NCBI GenBank assembly: GCA_030704615.1 | Contig: CM060731.1 | Coordinates: 39,060,001-39,124,000, forward strand | Length of the DNA: 64,000 bases | Source: Takakia lepidozioides | Lineage: Eukaryota > Plantae > Bryophyta | Reading direction: 5' to 3' | Shown here: piece by piece, positions 56,527 through 64,000 of the stretch | How the letters are laid out: every line of letters starts with the position of its first letter | How positions within the stretch are numbered: position 1 is the stretch's first letter | Translations under genes and position numbers: made by a program | The notes under the pieces: model-generated | Database searches by the model: none | What the model saw: only the letters and a program-made list of their open reading frames with translations | Told to the model about the DNA's origin: nothing

Positions 56527-59500
56527 GTGATGTCAGAGTTTGAGCTGCTTCTGCATGAAGATAGGAGGGAACAAGCTTCATTGCTTTCAAAGGAGGGAAG
56601 TTCAGGAAAAAAGGTGGAATATTTGGGCGAAGTTGATTCGACTTTCATCTGTCTTGGTAATTGGAGAGGTGTGGAATGTGAGGATGATCTTGGCCAGGGA
56701 CAGATCTCTCTACAAACAGGGAGTCATGATGCATGGGGTAAAGATGTTGGGCTTCGAACGGGCAAAGAAGTGATAGCATCTCGATCAAAGGGCACAAGTG
56801 TTGGAAAAGAACCTGGTACTGTTTCCAGCAAGATATTGAAGCAGAGTGGGCAGAAGTGTCTGAAGGAAGTGGATGCTTCAGGTATTTCAGGGTGCTGTGG
56901 GGCAGTGGGGGTGGGGGATGAAGGTGAGGATAGTTCTGATAGTCTGCCTGACCACCTGTTGATTGAGGTCCTGGTCAGGCTGGCAGTGACCGATTGGCCA
57001 GCAGCTGCATGTGTGAAGAAGAGGTGGGCCGCTATGTTCCAGGGGGATGGTCTTTGGCAGACAGCTCTGATCAAAAGGTGGCCACAGGCAGGTGGAGGGA
57101 AACGATGGCCTGGTCCCATTGGACGAGGATCCAGCAAACGGTGATTTTTCACAACTCAACCAGAACTTGTAGATTACACTCCTTCCTACTTGTGTGCATG
57201 CACTGCTTGTCCATGAGGTCAGCTGTGGTTCCTTATTATTGACCCTCCCTGGTCTGGATTGGGAGGAACTTGCATTTGGAAGGATTGATCCTAGTTCAGA
57301 CATAGGCTTGTGTAGGACTCGCAACACATACAAATTGAATGTGCCAGGATATTGGGGTGGGCAGACGCTATACAGCCTTGCACATGAGCAACAGTCTCTT
57401 CACACGTGATAATGCTGATGGAGACGTGGATGAGGTTGCGGGCCATGTGTATCTCTACCTGAAAGAGCAGCTGGAACTGGGGACTCCATCACTATCTTAC
57501 GGTTTGCTACATGGCACAATAATTGGTGTGTGCCTTTCCCCTTGCGAAGGAGGGGATCAGGGAGAGTGAGGGGCTAAGTGGCAAGTCTATGTACCTCATG
57601 GGTTTCTTTAAGAGTGCAATAGGGACAGAGCCATTAGTGGAGTCCATAAACAACACAAGTAGAGACAGCATTCATTTGACTTAACTTGCCCTAGCCTTGT
57701 GGACAAAGTCTCTGTTTGGGCAGAGCAGAAAAGTGGAGGAGAGCAAAATTGGCGGTCCTACCATCATGGAAGGCTTGTAGGACTTGCCTTTGAAAATGAA
57801 GTTGATTTGGGCCTTTCCAGATTCTCTTTAGAAGCTCTTTACAATAGCTTCAATTCATTGCAAGTATTTGCCATTTGGAGTCGAGGAGGGCCAACTTTTG
57901 TCTTGAGAAAGTAGAGAGAGGTGTGTGGGTGTACTGAGTTTTCTTGCAATAGCCTTCTAGCCATAGATCCTTGCCCATGTTTGGGCAGGGCAGGAAAGGC
58001 CGGAAGGGGCACAGGAGAGCAGAGTGGGCTATCACCAACAAGGCAGGCTCCTTCTAATAGTTAGAACTACTCATCATTATTCTCATCTTCAAGAACTTCC
58101 TCAAATGATTACTATTTCACAACAGCAATCTGGTGCACAGAATCAAACCATAAATCACAGAAATAGAGGGAGAGAGAGTGTGTGCGTGCGTAAAAGAGAA
58201 TAGGTAAGGTTGGTTCTTATCTAGTGCTTAACAACGCATTTTAGGGAAGGTCAGAAAATGACATTTGTGCTACCCATGACATGGTAGCCATTGGGTGTGC
58301 CTTCGATGTCGTGATTGTTGTGGGGATTACACGGAGAACCAAGCTTTATTTATGGATGCTTTTCAAAGCTATTTACACTTGGAACAACAGCATTATTATT
58401 GGGCACCAAGATGCTAGAAAGCTGGTGGCTATGCCGCACTGTCACGGTTTCTGAAATCTTCTCCCTGTCCTCTAGGAAGCCTATTGACATTGGGTGGACT
58501 TGAAACGGGAGTACATTAATGTCTCTGTGACTAAATGCCGGCCTTGTGACCTCGTGTCCTTGTTTGTTTCGACCTGAAGCGCTTTGCTTCAGGTAAGGTA
58601 GTGCATTGGATTTAGTTGGAGAGCTTGGGGCCTTTCCCTCTTTAGAATATGCCTACACGGGCCATTCCCTGCAACTCCCTGGAGTGTGATCTCTGAATGG
58701 TAACAAGCGGACTCCTACCGCTTGGGGGCAGCCCCTCCGCCCAAATTGGGCAGTCGTATGCTCTGTCTAGCATACTCGGCACTTGGGCTCGGGTTGGTTC
58801 CTGTGCTTAAACTTATGGCCTGCGAAAACAATCAAAAATTTAGCTCCTATCAACATCAACACTCCTCAGGGTGATCCCTGGGAATTGGTTACTTATGCCA
58901 AATCTAGGGCTTCATGTGTAGTTTTTGGGGTGAATCCCAGGATGGACGATGTGTCCTTTAAAACTACATGCTCTAGCTTAGGCTTGGATTTCATGGCTAA
59001 TGGTACCATCTCGAGACTTGATAACAGGGGTACGTTGAAGGTTGCAATGACCAAAAGTGCTTCTAATAGAGTCCCGCATCAATTCAATCTCAAAGAAGTT
59101 CGTCCCTTGACTGGCTGGAGAGCGGTCTTAGACATTGGTGATTCAATGGGGCGCTCTAGGAAGACAACCAAGGGCAACAACTTCAACTTGAGAGTTTCTA
59201 ATCGGTTTGATGCTCTGGATGAGTTTGAATCCAAACAGCCAGAAGGACAAGATGCCCCTAAGTGTACGGAACCTGAACGTCCTGAATCTGAAGGATTTGG
59301 TACTCTGAATGGTTTACCAATCCTCAAGGTTTACACAAGACGAACAAATTCTATACACGGGGTAATTGTCCCCAAGCCGTCAGATGGACAATCTGTCCCT
59401 AAGTGTGCAGAGCCTGAACGACGTGTAACTGAAGGATTTGGTACTCTAAATGGTTTACCAATCCTCAAAGTCTACACAAGATGAGCAAAATCTATACACG

Positions 59501-62500
59501 GGGTAATTGTCCCCAAGCAGTCTGACGGACAATCTGCCCCTATGTGTGCAGAGCCTGTGCGTCGTGTAACTGAAAGATTTGGTACCCTGAATGGCTTACC
59601 AATTCTCAAAGTTTACACAAGACGAGCAAAATCTACACATGGGGTAACTGTCCCCCCTTTGCAGAACGGTTGGCCGTCCAGGAGCAATCACAAGCTACCT
59701 AGACGACAAACAATTCACACGCAAAGGGCTGGCTTGCGGCTGGCCACTTTCAACTTCTCAGGGTTGACCAACCAAAGGAAACAACTTGAAGTGGGACAAG
59801 TTCTTCGGACTAATGATATTCATATCTGTGCTGGGTAAGAAACATGGGAAACGTCGGATAAACTGGTTGGAGATGTCATTGGTTATAAATGGGCAGGTAA
59901 GATGTGTACTCTCAAGGCAGCCTCTGCCAAACGCGGTCAAAAAGGGGTCGGATTCTTTGTCCGTGATTTCTTGTTTGACAATTGTGAAATTATCAACAAG
60001 GGTTTGAGGTACGAGCATAGTATCTGGCTAAAACTGAATTTGAAGGGCGGCATGAGTACAAAGGACCTCTTTGTTGGTTGTGTTTACATGCCCACAGAGG
60101 GGACCCTTAGTGCTGACGCAGACAAGGCCTTCGAAGATGTAAAGCTGGACTGTGCTTCGTTCCTTGCCAAAGGTCAGGTGGTACTATTGGGGGACTTCAA
60201 TGCCCGGGTGGGCAAAGGGATCCATCAGGACGATATCATTGGACCTTTTGGTGAGGACGAGCTGAATTCTAATGGCAGACGGTTAATTAACTGTCTAGAA
60301 GAGCTTCAGCTTTTGACCTTGAATAACAGGACAAGAGGTGACCAAGTGCAGTGGACTCGTGAGAAACCCCAAACTGGGGAACGTTCCATTGTGGACTATA
60401 TCATAATGGACAAAATTTTGTTCCCCCAGTGTGCCAATGTGTTGATCGACAGAACTGATATTGGTACCTCTGACCACTTCCTGGTTTGGACTGAGATCAA
60501 AAGGTGTTTTCCCACCACGAAGAGATCTGTGAAACGTTCGATTCGGAAGTGGCGCATAGAAAAATTCCACAATGAGGAGGTCAAGGCTGAGTACGTCCAG
60601 GCCTTGCAAGAGGCTCTCCCTCATTTTGTCCAATCGCTCCAAGAACTTCAGTCACGCTCTGTTAACGCAAGAAATGAAGTCGAAAGAGCAGTGGACTCTT
60701 GGGAGAGTTTCGTTTCCTCCGTGGCTGACAAGATCATTGGGAGGAAACTAATTGTCTGCAGTAGAGCAGTTAATTGGTGGACTAATGAGATTAAACTCAA
60801 GATAGCTGAGAGACGAGCCCTCTATAAAGAGTGCTGCAATTTGGAAACCAACAGAGAATTGTGGGCGAGGTACTACCAGCTCCGTAAAGATATCAATCAG
60901 CTTGTTAGGTCTCAGAAGAAATTATACTGGGACAAGTTATACAGTGAAATAAACTCAAACCACCATGGTGGTAATGACAAGAAATTCTGGTTGGCCCTTC
61001 AAAGTTTGTACAAGCCGAAAAACGGTCAGCAAGTACAAGCGCTGAAGACTACTAAAGGTGCAGTGGTGACTTCATCGGTTGACATTGTCAAAACCTTTGA
61101 AACTCACTACAGTATCCTTGGCAGAACTTCTAGGTCTAACAGTGAGGGGTCTTCTGCTGAATGGAGGGACACAGTTGGAAAAACTGTTCCTATGATTCAA
61201 AACAGCCCTGATGAACTGGAGTATATTTCAATGGCTTATAATGCTCCCATTAGTTCTTCTGAGATTGTGGAAGCAATTGAACATTTAAATGGATATAAAG
61301 CTGGTGGACCTGATGGAATTGTCAACGAGCTTATCAAGCACGGTGGCGATCCCATGATAGAGGCCCTAGTTCTCCTCTTTAACCTTATGTGGAAGACTGA
61401 AATGATCCCCTTTCGCTGGCGACAGGGGGTCATTGTCAATCTATACAAGAAGGGTGACAGAGAAGAACCGGGGAACTACCGTGGCATCACGCTCCTCAAT
61501 GCTGTTGGCAAGACATTCTGCAGAGTTATAAGTACTCGTCTCGAGGTTGATCTGGAGTCTAGAGGTTGTTTCCACGAAGGCCAAGCTGGCTTTCGGCGAA
61601 ACAGGGGCTGTGTGGATCATATCTTCACTCTAAGCCAGATTATCCAGGGAAGGAAAAAAGAAGGGAAACCCACTTATGTCTTTTTCCTGGATGTCAAAAA
61701 GGCTTATGACACAGTGTGGAGAGATGGCCTATGGTTCCGCCTCTGGTCTTGTGGGATCAAGGGAAAGATGTGGAGAGTTGTCCACAACTTGTATGCTCAC
61801 ACCAAAAGCTGTGTCACTGTTAACGGACAGAAGTCCAACTTCTTTGACATAGACCAAGGTGTAGCTCAAGGATGTACTCTCTCCCCTCTGCTCTTCAATG
61901 TTTTCATCAATCAACTCCTCGAGGATGTGGAAAGTGAGGGATTTGGGTTAAGGGTGGGTGATACCACCATACCAGCCCTTATGTTTGCGGATGACTTCGC
62001 AGGCATAGGGGAGACTCCAACCAATCTCCAGGAGTTGATTGATTGCGCGAAGAGATACTTTGATCTTTGGGGGCTAGAGGCTAATGTCAGCAAATGTGCA
62101 GTGGTAGCATTCAACGACAGAGGAGAGGGAGGAAGTGATCTTAAGTGGCAGTGGGGTAGCCAAGAGATCCCGGTCCTCCCTTCCTACACTTACCTGGGCG
62201 TTGAGTTCTCCTCCAATTGTAATTGGAATGCACATATCTGGAAAGTTGTTCAAACTGGCAAGGGCAAAGCTCTGGGGCTCACTAAATTTTTCCACTGCAG
62301 AGGGGTCAACTCTGAGGTTAAGAAAACCATGCTTTGTCGCGTTATTAGACCTGCCTTGGAGTACGGATCTGCTATATGGGTTGATAACTCCAACCAGGCT
62401 AAGTCTCTAGAATCCATTCAAGTGGGGGTGCTTAAGGAGTGTATGTCAGCGTGCTCCAAAACAGCCAATGTGGCTGTTCGGGGTGAGTTTGGCATTCCTT

Positions 62501-63661
62501 CCTTAAGCTCCTGACGAGATGAATTCAAGGTCAGATGGTGGGGTCAGCTGCAACATATGCCCAACACCAGATATCCTAAGTTAATCGACTCTATATCTTG
62601 GAAACAGGATCGCCCTGTCAAACAGGCTAAGTCCTGGCAGAAGAGAGTAGAAGAGATCCTCAAGGACCTGGACCTGGATCCGCAAGTCTTGACCCTGCTG
62701 GATAAATCTGACTTAGAGGCTGTAGTGTCCTCAGCCATGTCTGTTGCCATGAGATTGTCTGATGAAAATGAAGTTAGGCAGAAAACTTCCCTGAACTTGT
62801 TTCCAGTCTGTGACATGGGGGAGGACATCTTGGATGACCTCAAGGGTCTACCCACTCTCGGCACTAGACTGAAATTTAAAACTCAGGGCAGGAAGCCTAC
62901 CTTTGAACAGCAAACAGAAGCAGAGAGGAAAGGGAGAGTGCAATTGCCCGTTGTGTGGGCAATCTGAAGACAGTATTCATTTTCTGATACACTGTCCGGG
63001 GTTCTCTCATCAAAGAGGCGCTCTCTTCAAATCTATTAAGGGAATTGTGCCTGTACCCCTGTTTACCAACTTTGAAAGTCTCGAGGCTGAGCCAAAAGCC
63101 CAGGCCCTCCTGAGGCCTAGTTTTTGGGCAAATCACACACAGCAGATTGATGCTTGTGTGAAGGGATTTCTAGAGGATATCTGGAAAACCCGGATTAATT
63201 CTTTATATGGAGGTAAGTCTTACTACCAACGTCAGCCCCTGACAGAGGTAGGTTCTGTCCCTTTTGTTCCCGCTCAAACTGGGCGCGGGGTCAATGGCCA
63301 CAAGGCTACAGCAAACAACGTCTTATGAGTACAATCTGAAATCTGGGGTTGAATTCAATTACTTTCTTACAATTGTAAACCTCATGTTTTGAGCTTTCAG
63401 TCGCTGGAAGTTGGTAGGCCTCAAAAGTGAGCCCTTTAGGGTATAAGGAACATTACATCCAAACAGCCATCCATTGTGCTCAAAAAATACTCTTACAAGT
63501 AAACCTGGCTGGCTGTGAGGACAGACCAGTTTCTGGCATGTGGGAAGAAGAGCGACGAGGCACATGACCTGGCATCACAGATATGGGTAGCTGTGCTTGA
63601 CAATCTCGATGAGAGTGAGTGCACCTTTCACCTCCTCATGAGGATTGCTGAAGAATGGGAG
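56527..63661 (+). CDS. F-box protein; exons ~56527-57140, 57365-57525, 63525-63661; continues beyond the window
   Basis: F-box SLPDHLLIEVLVRL....WPAAACVKKRW. In-phase GT/AG joins KR|RRYTALH and HGTII|DQFLACG. The true start is uncertain. Confidence 0.8.
58516..63333 (+). mobile_element. Near-full-length non-LTR retrotransposon (APE endonuclease, RT, C-terminal CCHC), RTE/RTEX-like, within an F-box intron
   Basis: LRLATFNFSGL, GVGFFV, LLGDFNARVG, IVDYII, SDHFLV; NYRGITLL, QAGFR, FLDVKKAYD, GVAQGCTLSPLLF, MFADD, YLGV; CPLCGQSEDSIHFLIHC. The 5' boundary is approximate and the clade is inferred. Confidence 0.92.
59232..59655 (+). repeat. 3 x 141-bp (47-aa) in-frame tandem repeat in the LINE ORF N-terminus
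   Basis: GG(T/C)TTACCAAT at 59311, 59452 and 59593; peptide EGFGTLNGLPILKVYTRR..S.HGV.VP. Confidence 0.92.
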
Positions 63662-64000
63662 GTAATTCACTTCTGTGCATATTGCTTCTCTGTTTCAACT
63701 GTTTTCTGAATTCACGCCAACTGGTTGACCTGTGAATCCACTGACTCAGCCTTCCAAGTAGGCTCCAACTATATCCACATGAGGGCAAATAGTAAGCAAC
63801 TGAAGTGGGAACACCTGTGGATATGTTGGAAAGTAGTCCTTTTAAATTCCTAAATATTATCATTGGGTTGGGGGGAGGGTTTGTAGTTTCAGTGGCATAA
63901 AGCATGGGCTTGGTTCAGGGAGTGCTGGAATGTGAGACACCCAGTATAGGCCACCTGCAGATTGGTGCAGGGCCAAAGTTAAGCATTTCAGTGGGACAGA

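Overview
Eukaryotic nuclear DNA, not prokaryotic: spliceosomal GT-AG introns, plant gene families and PLS-DYW PPR genes point to a land plant, probably non-seed (bryophyte, lycophyte or fern; inferred). Host genes: a 3-exon non-specific phospholipase C (-), a broken plastid Hsp70 pseudogene whose 3' end is inverted, a BTB/POZ-BACK gene (-), an intronless clade-D PP2C (-), two tandem PLS-class PPR-DYW RNA-editing genes (+) and an F-box gene (+) that runs out of the window. Mobile DNA: L1-type fragments, a Copia remnant, a Gypsy gag remnant, two tRNA-derived SINE copies, and a near-complete single-ORF RTE/RTEX-like LINE plus a 5'-truncated copy. Two results stand out. (1) A decayed Ty3/Gypsy retrotransposon (~9.4-17.1 kb, -) has the order gag-protease-C5 DNA cytosine methyltransferase (DNMT3-like motifs, catalytic PC intact)-RT-RNaseH-integrase-PHD finger, so it carries its own chromatin writer and reader. 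(2) Both PPR-DYW genes have an intron-split N-terminal OSB-type 'PDF' ssDNA-binding motif (WWDNR..K|KNPRSPDFRH..LWI) fused in frame to the editing factor, which the ORF track misses. All coordinates were read by eye and no database searches were run.
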